DNA of 64,000 nucleotides from Phoronis australis (GCA_002633005.1 NMRA01000602.1:62001-126000), one strand, 5' to 3'. Shown: positions 13,440 through 27,266, counted from the first letter of the stretch. Notes: generated from the sequence alone by a model not told the origin. Numbers and translations: made by a program.

Positions 13440-13800
13440 TAAAACAGTTCTCCACTGCCTGGCTTTTGGCAGTGCTTTTCGTCGGTGAGATGTGTCAGTG
13501 TTTTCTATCGTCCACATCCGCATCCATTCCTTCCCCGTACTAACAAACTGCCATGTTGACACCATACCTTGCACCAGCTTCTTACCACTTCCGACATTTT
13601 AACATCTTTCTCGAACACCATTGCGTAAGAGTTTAGCATAGCAGTCCTCGATTAACCCATGTCACCTTCTACAATGTACAAAAACAGTTAACACACAAGG
13701 TAATGCTTACCTCGTGCACTGCATAATTTAATCAGTCGGGTAGCTGTTATAGGTTTAAACTTGGTTATCGAAACTTTGCCAAGTTTGGCAATCATTTGAA
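13440..13800 (-). pseudogene. Possible degraded THAP-domain remnant
   Basis: Minus strand reads KFKPITATRLIKLCSAR then donor G|GTAAGC, and downstream IEDCY...KKLVQGMVSTWQF, resembling THAP LCSxHF and LxxxAVPTxF motifs. Contains stops. Confidence 0.3.
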
Positions 13801-14053
13801 TTTATTCTTACTTCAATTTGGCGAATTTAGTTTTGACATCCTGGTATTTTTAGTCGTGTCCCATAAATTTCACGAGGCGCACTGTCCACATGTTATGGTC
13901 CGTGTTTTCAGTTTCTTGTCTATTTGGTGGCTTGTTATATGGTCGTAATTACTATGGACATGGAAATGACAACCAACATATACCTTGTCAATAGCTCTGG
14001 CTCTATTTTTGTTGAGATTGGACATTAAACACACGTGATTGGAAGATTCCTAC

Positions 14054-14341
14054 CTGGTATTTCCGAATGCATAACGAAGTTTAAGAAAAAGCCACCGCAT
14101 GTTTCTTCTTTATTACCGCTGCAAGTCACATTGCACTTATGGAGTGGCTGAACTCCGTGACTGAAGAAGTCATCACCACACCAGCACTGATTGCCTCCTT
14201 GTACTGCGGCAAACTTCAACCTCAATGTGCCACACATCTCACGACACCGAGCTCTTGTATTGTGCTTTCCTTCATAAACGTTGGAGCCTGGAGTCTGAAC
14301 TTTCGAAACCGCCCAACAATTGTGTACATCATCTATGTGAT
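14054..14341 (-). CDS. WSC-cluster gene 2, WSC exon subtype B
   Basis: Acceptor TTGTTACAG|, donor CAG|GTAGGA; 288 nt, phase 1-1, open. Reads HIDDVHNCWAVSKVQTPGSNVYEGKHNTRARCREMCGTLRLKFAAVQGGNQCWCGDD...CNVTCSGNKEETCGG..NFVMHSEIP. Confidence 0.9.
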
Positions 14342-15776
14342 CTGTAACAAATTTGGTTTTTGAAGAGACACCTACATTCAGCTTTGTGCGTCTCGTTAGG
14401 ACTCATAGTAATCTTTGGGCCTTAGTTAAACACCGGAGCTAAAACGAGAGCCCGTTATGGATCAGTAAGTTCTTCGAGAAAGAAGTTTTCAAGTCTGCCT
14501 GCCTCCTTTAAGAAATTGAACATAATTTGCATTTGTTTCATGCACCGTATGTTGTAAAAATGTAACAGCGCCATCTAGTAGATTACGCTATAAAAAGGTG
14601 TCTTATAAAATGCTGGGCAAGACTCTACCGGATGTTTAGGGGTTTCAACGTCATTACCACCCTGGGGTCACAGTGGCCCGTAAAACTTGATTGATATATC
14701 TAAACACCAAATCTATCGAGAATTAGAAGGTTTTTAGAACCTTTGGAAATTCTATCAGGGCTCTGAAGGTTTTCTAACTTCTGGTTTCTCTGCAGGTGAT
14801 AACCGATGCCCACTGGGCTGCTGCATGGTAGGTAACCAGTTGCTTATTATCGGCTTGCATCATCCAAAGAATATCAAGGACTGTAGATTCAGGTACACAT
14901 TGCTGACTCTCATCGTTACGAGTTTGCCTGAATTTTCATTGCTGTCAATCTTCACATGGACCCTGACCTAGTGTTTAATGAAGATTCTTGTAATTACAAG
15001 CTTGTTAAGCTCATTATTGCAATCATTAACACAGCGAAATTTGGCACTTAACAGTCGAGATCTTCCTCGCTGTTTATTTCAATTTCAATATCGCAAGCAC
15101 AAGCAAGCGAATTAATGACGGTTTAACCAATGCAACATCCATGCTATCTCGCAAGCAAATATACTGTAGTTACCAAGAAACCGTGAACGACATAGCAAAA
15201 AGCCCCTTGTTCAGGATCACAATATTATTATCACCAGTAGGATAGAATGCAGTTGATCCGTAAATTTCATGGGCAGAAGGTTAGGTGCCATTCTTGACCA
15301 TTTACTGATATTCCAAGTAGAAACTTTTCGGTGAGAGAATGACAACCTCGGCAGTCTTGGTCAAACGCTACACTAGCAGAACCAACTCTATAAATGATAT
15401 AACATTTTAGTCGTATTTAACTGGTAAAACCACAATTTCTTGTTTCAGCCAATGAATGACAAACAGCGGCAGCAAAAGGTGATCATTTCAAACGGTCTGT
15501 CTCATCGCGCCAAATGCGTTTTTCGACGGTAAAACTGACATCATGATTTTACATAAAACTCAAAGCTAACAGTGTTGACCAGAGAACTATTACGTTCTCG
15601 GGCTTAGGCTATGATATACACACCCAAAAGAGTGTTTTTACTGAAAGAAGTAAATGAATGGAGCATGAATTAATATTGATTTATCAGTAATGTTCCTAGT
15701 AATTCACTAGTAAATCCACCAGTGATGGTTAAATTTTTGGTTTGGTTGCAAGTCTTACCTTTTACAACGTTCTTAC

Positions 15777-16087
15777 CTAATCTGTAGTTGGTTTTCATAA
15801 TGTATACGCTCGATATGCCGCCGCACTCTTTACTCACGCGTCGCCAGTACAAGGAATTTTGCATTTTGACATTGACGTCACTCGATGGTTTCTCCACTCG
15901 TTTCCACACAAACACTTATCTCCCTGTTGCAGTGCAATGTAGCTGAACCATCGATTTCCACATATTGACGCACATCTTCGTCGATCATTCAATGGTCCTT
16001 CGTAAGCTAGAACAAAGGAGTCGCTTCCTTCGTTGGCGTGGAAGCAATCGGGCAAATGGGACGGTTTAAACATATCCATATCTATAC
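15777..16087 (-). pseudogene. WSC-cluster gene 2, WSC exon subtype A with internal frameshift near 15838
   Basis: Acceptor TTGTATCCAG|, donor TAG|GTAAGA; length 311 nt (3n+2). One frame gives ...LAYEGPLNDRRRCASICGNRWFSYIALQQGDKCLCGN...CKIPCTGDA*, and the domain continues in another frame as VSKECGGISSVYIMKTNYRL. Confidence 0.8.
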
Positions 16088-18064
16088 CTGGATACAAGAA
16101 TTTCAGCATTACTTGAAACCAACATGGCCATGACATTCACATACAATAACGGCCATTGTACAACCATGACAGGCCAAACAATTGAAATAAACAATTTGAA
16201 CATATCTAACCAGGAGGTACATGTATGTAAACACATTCTAATACCAGAGTCAGTAATGCTAGATACAACCTTGCTTTTCTCGTGCAACGGAATTGACTGG
16301 TGATGACCTGTTGAGTCTTTTGCAACAATTTTATGCTCGTACACTCAATAAATGCATGTATCTACAACTGAATAACCCTGAATTTGTTTGTGAAGTTTTT
16401 GAAATGTAAAGGGCTCTCGATAACTAATGTCTGAGTACTGAATATTTTAGTATCTTTGAATGTTTTGGTACTGTTCACCAGCGCATTCTAGATCATCCAG
16501 GAATTTATCCAGTCGTTCGTATTTCGCTCTAGAATTTCCAGGCTATGGATCAATGCCAATTAGCTACATTTGGACACAATTATAAACGTTGCAGATACTG
16601 CAACGGTACTTTTGTCTACTAGACTTCCTTAAAAACAAAAAAACGTGACAATGATTCTAGTGAGGCAATCTGGTGTGTATCGAAACATGATCGTCTCATT
16701 TTGTTGGGTGACGTACTTGAACATCATGCCATACACGTTGAATTAGCCGAGTGCAATACAGCCATGTGATATTGGTTTACCGCCACCGGGGCTACTTCAA
16801 CAGTGCCCTCTGACATGAGAAGCTCAAAATGTGTGTCAATGTCGACTTTGTCCCAAACATAACATCTGTTATAAAACTGTTAATGTTATGACACGTCTGT
16901 CTCTAATTTGTTGTGCTAAATGTATGGCCTGGACCCATTCTTCTTCTGTGTGTCACTGTTTATTTCGCTACGTATATGTTTATTCCACTTATTGCCTGTT
17001 CATGAGACACGCAGTCTCGAAATATAGCTAGTGTTTTTATTTGTTTGTTTATTATGTCTCTCGGTGTTTTTCTACGTAGCTGACTACCTGAAGAAAGGAG
17101 ACTTTTCAGACACTTCGAGCAAATCAGTATAAATATTTCAAACAAAAAGTTTAGCTGTGTTTTCAACGAAGCTGTTGTAAGCGATCACGTACGTATGGAT
17201 AACATTAGAAAGGTTTTTCGAGGCTGTTAAAAGAGGTTAGCCCGTAAGGCCGTGACATAGGTTGCAGAAGTAGACACGAAGGTAAGAAGGAACAAGCTGC
17301 AAATGGAGCAGTAAAGAATGGAAGACGGGAGAGCGTTATCAGCGCTTTAAGCTGAGCAGTATGCAGCCGAGGAATATATTGCAAGGAGATCCGAAAATCT
17401 CCAAGCTTCATGAAAATCAGAACTATATGTACAGATTCCCGAAATGGTTCGAAAGATTCGACGAGAGCCTGAGCTGGAGCTTAGACTTCAGGTAAGGACC
17501 AAAATGTTATAGTGGGCTGCTCATGAACTAAACTATCATCCTCTGCTAACGGTATGACACATGTGGGTAATCTTGGCTTTGGTTTTCTGAAAGTGGAGCT
17601 TGATTCCTCTTTCTAGCTCTAATCATGGGAGTAGCTCACCTCTGGCGAATTTCTTGACTATTTGAAGGTTCTCAAACAATATTTTATGTAACTTCAAATT
17701 CGTTACAATGGCACCCGTAATTTTTAAAGCAACGAAAGGAGAATAAAAGAACTACTGATAGGATTTTGTGAAAACAAAGACAGATGGATACAAAATCGTA
17801 CACCTGAACAACACATAGACCTAAACACGTACACAATGCCCGAGTAAAGCGGTTTAATTTACGTAGTGAGTGGGAAACGACACAATGATATTCTTATTAA
17901 ATCCACTTAAATCCAAAACAGCAGCGTGATAGGAAGACAGCTTTGTTAACCAATTGAGGATGCGTGTGAGTTACTGAACAGATAAACTTATGTAAATAAA
18001 ACGGTGTGCGCATGTACATGTAAATAATAACACAGAGTGTCTTTAAGTGGCATGGAATACTTAC

Positions 18065-18103
18065 CGTTTACTTTTATTAAAACGGTGATGAAATAAGTCG
18101 CAC
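18065..18103 (-). CDS. Gene 2, 39-nt micro-exon encoding the signal-peptide hydrophobic region
   Basis: TTTTTTCAG|...|GTAAGT, phase 1-1, encodes (G)ATYFITVLIKVN(G); homologous to 34611-34649. Confidence 0.8.
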
Positions 18104-18719
18104 CTGAAAAAATCCATTTTATAAATAGATAGACAAGGTTTTTCGATATACGCTACACAGTCGAACTAATTAGGTGTTACCCGCTGCAGTGTTGTTCTTT
18201 ACCTATGCGTACTGTTTTCAAGCATCACTCCATGTTGTTCACTTTCAATATTGCAAGAAAATCAAAGTATCACCAGATTTATTATTTTTGATGTACAAGC
18301 TTGGATCTGGACATTGTTGGCGTAAAAACATAAACAGTAGTTAAAAAATAGAGTTTTATTTTGCAATTAAGAAATCTTGCCCTTTTTCACTTCTCTAGTC
18401 AATACGTTACTTTACACGTTTCTAGCCCATTGGAAGCTTATATGAGGAATTTTAAGGCACATGTTACTTCGGTGTTAAGGCTTTTGTCAGCAACAAGGCT
18501 CCACGTTACATCATATAACGATTTCATACACAACAGTTGCTATTAGTTACCGTCAAAGGTTCGTAATCCGTCGTTATATTTTATACAGTTACATCAGTGC
18601 GAAATGATAACATGTATCCATGTATTATATATGCCAGTACTGATTCTCTAACCGATATCATGCTGGTCAACATCTGAGTTACTAGTAACACCGACACCAA
18701 ACACTTTATAAAGTATTAC

Positions 18720-18753
18720 CTAGGCTGCAGATTCGTGCAAGGTTGTTCTTCAT
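18720..18753 (-). CDS. Gene 2, first coding exon (34 nt CDS)
   Basis: ATG-initiated MKNNLARICSL(G), donor G|GTAATA; homologous to 37905-37938 and 63366-63399. Confidence 0.78.
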
Positions 18754-18811
18754 TTCGAGTTTCCCTACGTAACGGTGAAATGTGCGATAACTCTTATATG
18801 AAACCTGACCA

Positions 18812-18832
18812 TTTATACTGTTGTAACACCTG
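18812..18832 (-). promoter_or_regulatory. Gene 2 core promoter: E-box-containing CAGGTGTTAC, 5-nt spacer, TATAAA
   Basis: Minus strand CAGGTGTTAC-AACAG-TATAAA, about 59 nt upstream of the ATG; same module in genes 3 and 5. Confidence 0.72.
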
Positions 18833-20000
18833 TGTCATTTAACTGCTGTTCACGCCCCTGTACCACGAATCTGACAGGACTTCTGTGACATGTAGAAATT
18901 AACAGAAGACTGATAACAGTAATAGAGAACCTTATTTTTTCAAATAAGCTGAACGAGAGGGACACATAACATGTGACAAATTCTAGTCTGTATTGAAAAT
19001 TTCAAGAAATGAAAAAGTCCCGGGTCAGATGGTTTGACAAATAAATTTTTCACATTTTTCTGGAAAGATTTAGATTATTTTTCTTGAAGACAAGTGCATA
19101 AAAGATATGAGTAAACCGGAATTTAAAACACACAAAAACGGAGGCTGTAAAGTCCAAATCCAAATAAGNTTGCAAGGAGATCCGAAAATCTCCAAGCTTC
19201 ATGAAAATCAGAACTATATGTACAGATTCCCGAAATGGTTCGAAAGATTCGACGAGAGCCTGAGCTGGAGCTTAGACTTCAGGTAAGGACCAAAATGTTA
19301 TAGTGGGCTGCTCATGAACTAAACTATCATCCTCTGCTAACGGTATGACACATGTGGGTAATCTTGGCTTTGGTTTTCTGAAAGTGGAGCTTGATTCCTC
19401 TTTCTAGCTCTAATCATGGGAGTAGCTCACCTCTGGCGAATTTCTTGACTATTTGAAGGTTCTCAAACAATATTTTATGTAACTTCAAATTCGTTACAAT
19501 GGCACCCGTAATTTTTAAAGCAACGAAAGCAGAATAAAAGAACTACTGATAGGATTTTGTGAAAACAAAGACAGATGGATACAAAATCGTACACCTGAAC
19601 AACACATAGACCTAAACACGTACACAATGCCCGAGTAAAGCGGTTTAATTTACGTAGTGAGTGGGAAACGACACAATGATATTCTTATTAAGTCTACTTA
19701 AATCCAAAACAGCAGCGTGATAGGAAGACAGCTTTGTTAACCAATTGAGGATGCGTGTGAGTTACTGAACAGATAAACTTATGTAAATAAAACGGTGTGC
19801 GCATGTACATGTATATAATAACACAAAGTGTCTTTATGTGGCATGGAATACTTACCGTTTACTTTTATTAAAACGGTGATGAAATAAGTCGCACCTGAAA
19901 AAATCCATTTTATAAATAGCTAGACAAGGTTTTCCGATATACGCTACACAGTCGAACTAATTAGGTGTTACCCGCTGCAGTGTTTTTCTTTACCTATGCG

Positions 20001-22275
20001 CATAGATTACTCACGAGACACTGATTAAGCGTCATTCACATTAGTGTTTGATATTTAAAACATATAGCATGAGAACAGTAATTGTTTGGCATTGTGTTTC
20101 TTTTGTTTGAAGACAAGTTGCTCCAGTAACCTATTTCACAGTACCGAAGACAGTTGCAAAGCGTTATCTACGGAATTCGACGGTTTTACTCGTTAGTCAC
20201 TAAAGCCTTGTGCCAGTTGAATTGGCATGCACTATTTTTACACGCATATCTACAAAACTGCAAAAGCATTTCTTCAAAATCTCAACGGAAAAAATATGAT
20301 TTTTGAAAATTAGATTTTTCCCATTAATTTTACCAAGTTTCAAAACCGTATAAAATACTGTCTCGAAATTTGAGTTGTCTTCTGTACTTTTGTAGATCTT
20401 TACTTTTGTTATAATTCAGAGGAAACAGATCAGAAAAATGTCAACAGGTTTATGACTTATAGCGTTTCTCGAGGACGTGCAGATGTTACGTTATTTTTGA
20501 CGTTGCCGCGGCAACCGAATGTTTTTCTCAAAATGGGTTCTTGTGAACGCCTTATCACGAGCAACACTACGACTGATTTTTATTGAAATCTGTCAATATT
20601 TGCAGATTTTGATAAAACACTGTTCAAGACCAATTTTCTTTGTGTGTTGTTTACGAGAATCAGGAGCCTCATCAGTCCGACGCAACACCTCACTCCTATT
20701 GGTGTGAGTAAACGGACTCTCTCAACAAACTTTATGAAGAAAGGAGTTGGAATTTTTGTTATTGACTGATGTAATATATTGAACATGTCGACAGATTTTC
20801 ACAACTGCCGAAATTAGAGAATAAAAATACACGAAATACACTATGCCAATAAAACGCTGGTTAGGTCATTTTCGTAGTAACGTTTATTGATGTGATGGTA
20901 GTAAAACTAAACTAAAGTCATTTGTTTGGTTATAGTTGTACACACTATTCTAGCCAAACAAACGGTTCATATGAGTGACGAAAACGCTAATGGGCTGATT
21001 AGTCAGGCAGACGAACTACATGTATTCGCGAATTTAGTGGTCATTTTCCGTCATTTGGTTCTTTTTCTAACCACCCGACTTGCTAAAAAATTCTGCAAAC
21101 GAGCGCATGCGCCTGTGTAACCGAAATAAATCCTTGTCTGTAGCCGGCAGTGTTCTGTTTCAAGATGAGTTAAAACCAAAAATGAACATATCGTACCGCG
21201 TTGGTTTCAAATTCATTAAAACTAATTGACCGGGCACCAGAGGCCGTGTGAGCGCATGCTCATTCAGTGTTTGTTGACAAAAAGTTGTTGTGGTCAGACG
21301 TTAGGGAAGTTAAAAAGTTGAGGCAAATCTTAGAGTTACATGTAAGTCAATATGAACAGACCACTGGTCTATAAAAATAATTGCAGGCGGTCTGGTACAC
21401 GTTGCACCAGGCGTGCGCAGGCCTCGCATGTGGGCCCATTGCACTGACCACCTGGAACCTCTTTATGCTTTATTAATATATAGTTAAAACCGAGATGAGG
21501 AGCTAGAAACCTGACTCAAGGGTCTAGCAGTGTGGTCCAGTTGGACTCGAACCCACTACCTCGAGTAAAAAAGGCGGGCACCTATCACATTGTACTATCG
21601 TGCAGGACCAAATTGTCTTAACAATGCAAGATTTTAAATTAGCTGTTGTGATTGAAAATTTTACCAAAAAGACGAGCTGGAATATAATTGCAGTTACAAC
21701 AGTCGTCAATTCGATAACTATGCGAATATGAGGTTAACGTTATAAGTCGATATTCCATTTTGCTGTCGGAAAATGGTCACGATTAAGACAGTATTTATAA
21801 TCATGTTTTATTTCACGGTAAATGCTGGCAATAGTTTCGAGGAAATCTACCAATGATGCATTACTGGTTATGGGTTACCTGTTACCAATTCACCAGGATA
21901 TGCAGTAAACGCTGCCTTGCCACAAATAGATCATCCCAGAAATTGGTTGAAAGCGCACAATAGTTTAATTCAGATTTACTGAATGTTTTAGCTTAAAATC
22001 GTTCATTTGACACCTGCCTGGTTAAATATCAGTCCATTTAAACAAAATTTTCAAAAAAATTAAGTACGCCGATTCAGGTCGTCCCTGTTTAGAAGGTGTT
22101 TCACGTTTCCACCTCCGAGAGGTGATAAATATACATGTACATGTGTTGTGACGGTCGAGAGCGATGAACGGTGAGCATAGGGAAAGAAGGATCACTTGCA
22201 ACTTTTGACCTATTCTCACGAGTCTATCAAATGGTTATTAGAAAATGAAAATGTCGTTTCTACATTTGTGCAGGG
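20001..22275. mobile_element. ~2.27-kb insertion present in copy B but absent from copy A (unclassified, likely composite repeat)
   Basis: Copy A reads ...ACCTATGCG|TACTGTTTTCAAGCATC contiguously at ~18209; copy B has this block between the same flanks. No clear TSD. Confidence 0.55.
21533..21609 (-). other. tRNA-like sequence (SINE head or tRNA pseudogene)
   Basis: Minus strand GGTCC...TAGTACAATGTG (A-box-like)...GGTTCGAGTCC (B box)...GGACCA. The ends can pair but the anticodon arm cannot. Confidence 0.55.
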
Positions 22276-25200
22276 TACTTTTTTCAAGCATCACTCCATG
22301 TTGTTCACTTTCAATATTGCAAGAATTTCTCTTAAAGTATCACCAGATTTATTATTTTTGATGTACAAGCTTGGATCTGGACATTGTTGGCGTAAAAACA
22401 TAAACAATAGCTAAAAATAGAGTTTTATTTTGCAATTAAGAAATCTTGCCCTTTTTCACTTCTCTAGTCAATGCGTTACTTTACACGTTTCTAGCCCATT
22501 GGAAGCTTATATGAGGAATTTTAAGGCACATGTTACTTCGGTGTTAAGGCTTTTGTCAGCAACAAGGCTCCACGTTACATCATATAACGATTTCATACAC
22601 AACGGTTGCTATTAGTTACCGTCAAAGGTTCGTAATCCGTCGTTATATTTTATACAATTTCATCAGTGCGCAATGATAACATGTATCCATGTATTGTATA
22701 TGCCAATACTGATCCTCTAACCGATATCATGCTGGTCAACATCTGAGTTACTAGAAACACCGACACCATGCACCCTATAAAATATTACCTAGGCTGCAGA
22801 TTCGTGCAAGGTTGTTCTTCATTTCGAGTTTCCCTACGTAACGGTGAAATGTGCGATAACTCTTATATGAAACCTGACCATTTAAACCGTTGTAACACCT
22901 GTGTCATTAAATTGCTGTTCACGCCCCTGTACCACGAATCTGACAGGACTTCTGTGACATGTAGAAATTAACAGAAGACTGATAACAGTAATAGAGAACC
23001 TTATTTTTTCAAATAAGCTGAACGAGAGGGACACATAACATATGACAAATTCTAGTCTGTATTGAAAATTTCAAGAAATGAAAAAGTCCCGGGTCAGATG
23101 GTTTGACAAATAAATTTTTCACATTTTGCTGGAAAGATTTAGATTATTTTTCTTGAAGACAAGTGCATAAAAGATATAAGTAAACCGGAATTTAAAACAC
23201 ACAAAAACGGAGGCTGTAAAGTCCAAATCCAAATAAGACCACATTTATAAAAATGGAGACCAAAACTTTGCTCAATAGCGTTTCTGTGGACCTTTGTCTC
23301 GTTTTCTCCGACGTTTTGTTTCTCCAAGGCGGACCTTTTTCTCATTTCGCCAAATGAGCGGTTCGTTCGAGTCCCCTGAGCTCCCTGAGTGCGCGCATGG
23401 ACTGTTGTAAGAATGGTGATCGATTATCATAATGCTGCTGCTATGAATTACTTTGCAATACTTTTACAGCGGCTGAAGACTCGTTAGTGGATGATCTTCA
23501 TCTTGACATTCACCCGCGTAACAGTGAATTATACGATTTCTTGTATTCAACGCATGAATGTAACACCTGGATGACTTAATTACCCTCCACGCCTCTGGTT
23601 CCTCAATCTGTCACGGACACTGCTAAATGACAGGGAACGAATTTCAACGGCTGTAATTCTTTCCCCGTCATATTGTACCAACTGACGCATATAACACCTT
23701 AACCAGGAAACCATGAACAGATGTGATATTCAGGTGGCTTTTTATACTGTGGAAATTATAGCCCTGCGTTGGCTTTCTAGCCCCTATACAAAGTAAATGC
23801 AGTCCACGTATCCCACGGGACAAATGACACATGGTTCAAGGCATGGAATTTCCCTTTTTGAAGAAGATTTCCTTTTTTGATTTCAATTTTCTCTTATTAG
23901 ATTTCCTTTTTATTCTTTCTTTGTCTCTTTTTAATAATTATCATGACATTATTCATACAGAAACGTTTATTTCTGTTAAATGTTACTACAAAATGAAAAT
24001 AATTCTATCACACCTATTTATATGTGGAGCGATATCATCACCTGGAACGTTTTCCATCTTTTAGTCTCTGATCATTGCCAGCCTTGATGGTGCATTTAGT
24101 TTTACTCAGTATTTGTGAAATACGTCCCTCTTAGTAATTGCAGAACACATGTCGAATCTCCTGAAACAGGCCTCAAACTTACCAGAGCCAGTGTGCCAGT
24201 TTGGCCCGGCTCGGATGTGCTCCAAAATAATCTCATCTTTTTCAGTTTGCCCTCAGATGCTTGTGTTTCCAACACCTACTGCATAAGTGCTTGGATTAAT
24301 AGTTGTAGGACCGTGTAAGTTAGACTAGCTTGCCTACTCCTCTGAAAATCTTTGCATTTATCTCACGCTTCTTAGTGCCCCATTGGACTAAATACAAAAT
24401 GCTTCAGGAAAAGCACTTGGATGCAGCAGGAAAAGCTCACATGAAAAAGTTCAGCATCTTCAAGAACTCAATACATATACTTTTGATTTCGCGTTGTCTT
24501 CATAATGTTTCAGAAGTCGCTGCAGCTTTGGCTACTCCCTTCACTGCCGTTACGTCTTTCCATCTTGATGTGTTAGGACCTTCTGACACTTACATCACAG
24601 TATTGAAATTCTTAAGTGTGCGTGAAACGCTAGCCATCACCAGGTCGGTTACTTAAGGATATTCTCAAATGATTTGTCTCAGGCCTTACCAATTACACTG
24701 GTAGCAGATTCATGTTTTTATTGTGAGCCATGTGTTTTAACAGTGCACTAGACTAGACTCGGATTTAAAGCTAACACAAGATGTAACTTTAATATTCCAT
24801 CTTTTTTGTCATGCTGCCTCAGAGACATTCAGTCCAAAACATGCTCAATGCTATCCTGCAACCCGCCAAAATCCCAATTGTCACGGAGCAAAACTACTGG
24901 ACATTTGCTGCCGTAGTCCGACGAATCTCCATTGAAGGCCAGCAGCTTCACACAGCGCGATTGGACACCAGTCTTTGGTTTAAACCCCGGCTAAGTTTTG
25001 AACAAACAGGTGCAGGCAGAGAATGACCACACTGTTAATGAGAATTTGAGAACACCGGTGCGGAAAAAAAAACCCACAGCACGCATTCAAAAATTCAATA
25101 GACAAGTATCAGAGAATTTGGGTTTTGCTTGGTTTTCGATGTTTTCAAATCGGACTTAACTAGAAGTATTTCATAGGATTGCTGATAATGAGGTTCTAAA

Positions 25201-26892
25201 GAATGGACTCTCCAGATTCCCAAATCGACTTCCCATTTTGATGCTTTGATGAATGTTTTAATGATTTCCTTGTGCCGATGTTTAGGGAGTTTAGTAAAAA
25301 ACATTAACGTTCAATAAGTAGTCGTAGCACAGAAAGCACCAGAATGGTTTGTCTGTGTGCCGACGGTAGCATTGTGTCTAACTTTATGCTAATAAAGCGA
25401 CAAAATGACACTGGGATTGGCAATTGATTTTGATATCCCAAAATGCATGTACGTTGTACTTAATCATTGTCAGTGGAAACAAACTGAAGCTATATCTTGC
25501 TTTCCAAAAATATATGCAATGCATGTCTACTGATACAATTACAACACAGGTCTCGGATTTTTCCAGCAAGTCGGCAACTAGTTGGCAACCTGCTTTTTAG
25601 CCGACTACGAGCAGCCAAGCAACGGTCTATTATGAGTCATGAGCTCGGAACCCACAGCGGACATCACTTGGATTGGAAGTCCGAGATACAATACAATCAG
25701 TTGCAAATCATCACCGCATGGTGAGTCTTAAATTTTGCGTATTACAAACACGTTTCAGTACAGTGAAGCCGTATTTATGAGAATAACACCTGTGGACATG
25801 ACGCAACAATGATAGTTTTTGAAAGGAGCTATTTTATTCATTGAAATCGGTACTGCAGTCGACACAGAATGCTACTATAGGCCTAATAAATGTCAAGCCG
25901 TCTCGTAAGTCAGACTTCACTGATTCGTGTGGTAGCAGTTCGTTTAGCGCTGTGCGCTCGTACAAGCGAACATGAAACCTAAACGGACTCTTCAAAAGCT
26001 GATACTGTCGTGATTTAGGAACCAAATAACTATTGCCACCCAGCGGGAAACTCCACGAAGCCCGTTTTCTGACCTGAAAGTAAAGTGAATATTAAATGAA
26101 GTCATGCGTACTTAACTTAGTACATCTCTTAAATGAGAGCGCTCTAGGCGTATTGAAATAGAAAAATCACCTGCCTTAGTTTCAACAAAAATGGCAGATA
26201 TGATCCCCAATTTGGCAATAAAATCACGTAAACACAACCAGACGTGTTGCTTCATTGTTATGGTCAAAACTCATAACTTCAAACTGTTTATCCCTCACCA
26301 AAACCTCCGTATATGTTGTTTTGACTGGAAAACGGTAATTTTACTTTAAAGTTTCATCGCTGTGCTTCAGCTGACAATAACAATGACCCAATCTATGCAG
26401 TAACTTGTTTAGTGACGCATTTGCTGACACCAACAGCGCCTTGTTTTTGTAAATTCAGGTTGATTCAAAGAATTATGATAGAAAGTGCCACACCCATGGC
26501 CACTCTTAGGTTTATCTATCTTTTTTCTATCATCAAAAATTCAAAAACGGTCGCAAACAATTCGTGCATCAATAAATACATGAAATAAGCAAGGCACTCA
26601 CAAATAACATGAGTGACGTTCATGGCGCGAAAGCAATGCTAGAGAAGATGAGCGAATGTATTGGCCGAGAAGTTACGCTTGTTTTCACCATTAAATTTTT
26701 ACTACTCATCATATAGGGCGGAAAAGTCCTTCTCAGATTTATATTAGTGCTTATTAATACAATACTTCTAATGTTGGCAAACGTTTTATAGAACATTTCG
26801 ACCGCCAGTGTCACCCATTTGTGTTTTGTTTTTTTCTGGTGCGCACTAGACATTAAGTATCCACTTCATGTATCATGTCACGAGTCATTGCA

Positions 26893-27266
26893 CTACCTAC
26901 CTTCCAGTCCAGAATCCATTATAAACATACATGTTTTTGACCCACAAGTCTGTTCAGGATTTCCTGCACATGCCACGTTACAGTTATAGTCGTCAGTCAA
27001 CCAGGCTTTGGGATTAAACATAGTGCCGCACCAGCACTCGTTCCCGTTTTTGACTCCCGCTAACTTGCATCGTATCTTCTTACATTTGAGCTTGCATAAT
27101 TCCCTTGTCATGTTTTTGATGTCCATAGGGCCCAGTGTTTTGAAATTGAACTCGGGAGCGTACATTGCGTATGGTTTATCGCTACCCGGGTTTAAAAGTG
27201 ATCTGCGATCTAAAGAGTAACCGTCAACGTAGCATCCTTCGGCAATCAAAAGTCCTCGATCTCTTT
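26893..27266 (-). CDS. WSC-cluster gene 3, terminal WSC exon subtype C
   Basis: Acceptor TTACAG| phase 1. Reads RDRGLLIAEGCYVDG...NMTRELCKLKCKKIRCKLAGVKNGNECWCGT...CNVACAGNPEQTCGS..MFIMDSGLEGR*. Confidence 0.92.

Larger units (their letters stand above)
17379..19168. repeat. Duplicated segment, copy A (ends at N 19169); probable alternate haplotype of 19170-23237
   Basis: Near-identical to 19170-20000 plus 22276-23237. Copy A ends and copy B begins exactly at the N. Confidence 0.85.
19170..23237. repeat. Duplicated segment, copy B, carrying a ~2.27-kb insertion and second copies of the gene 2 5' exons
   Basis: Contains micro-exon copy 19856-19894, first-exon copy 22789-22822 and promoter copy 22881-22901 (TATA reads TTTAAA). 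Confidence 0.85.

Noticed and set aside
21533-21609. Functional tRNA gene
   Set aside because: The anticodon stem cannot pair, the spacing is abnormal and it lies in a polymorphic insertion.
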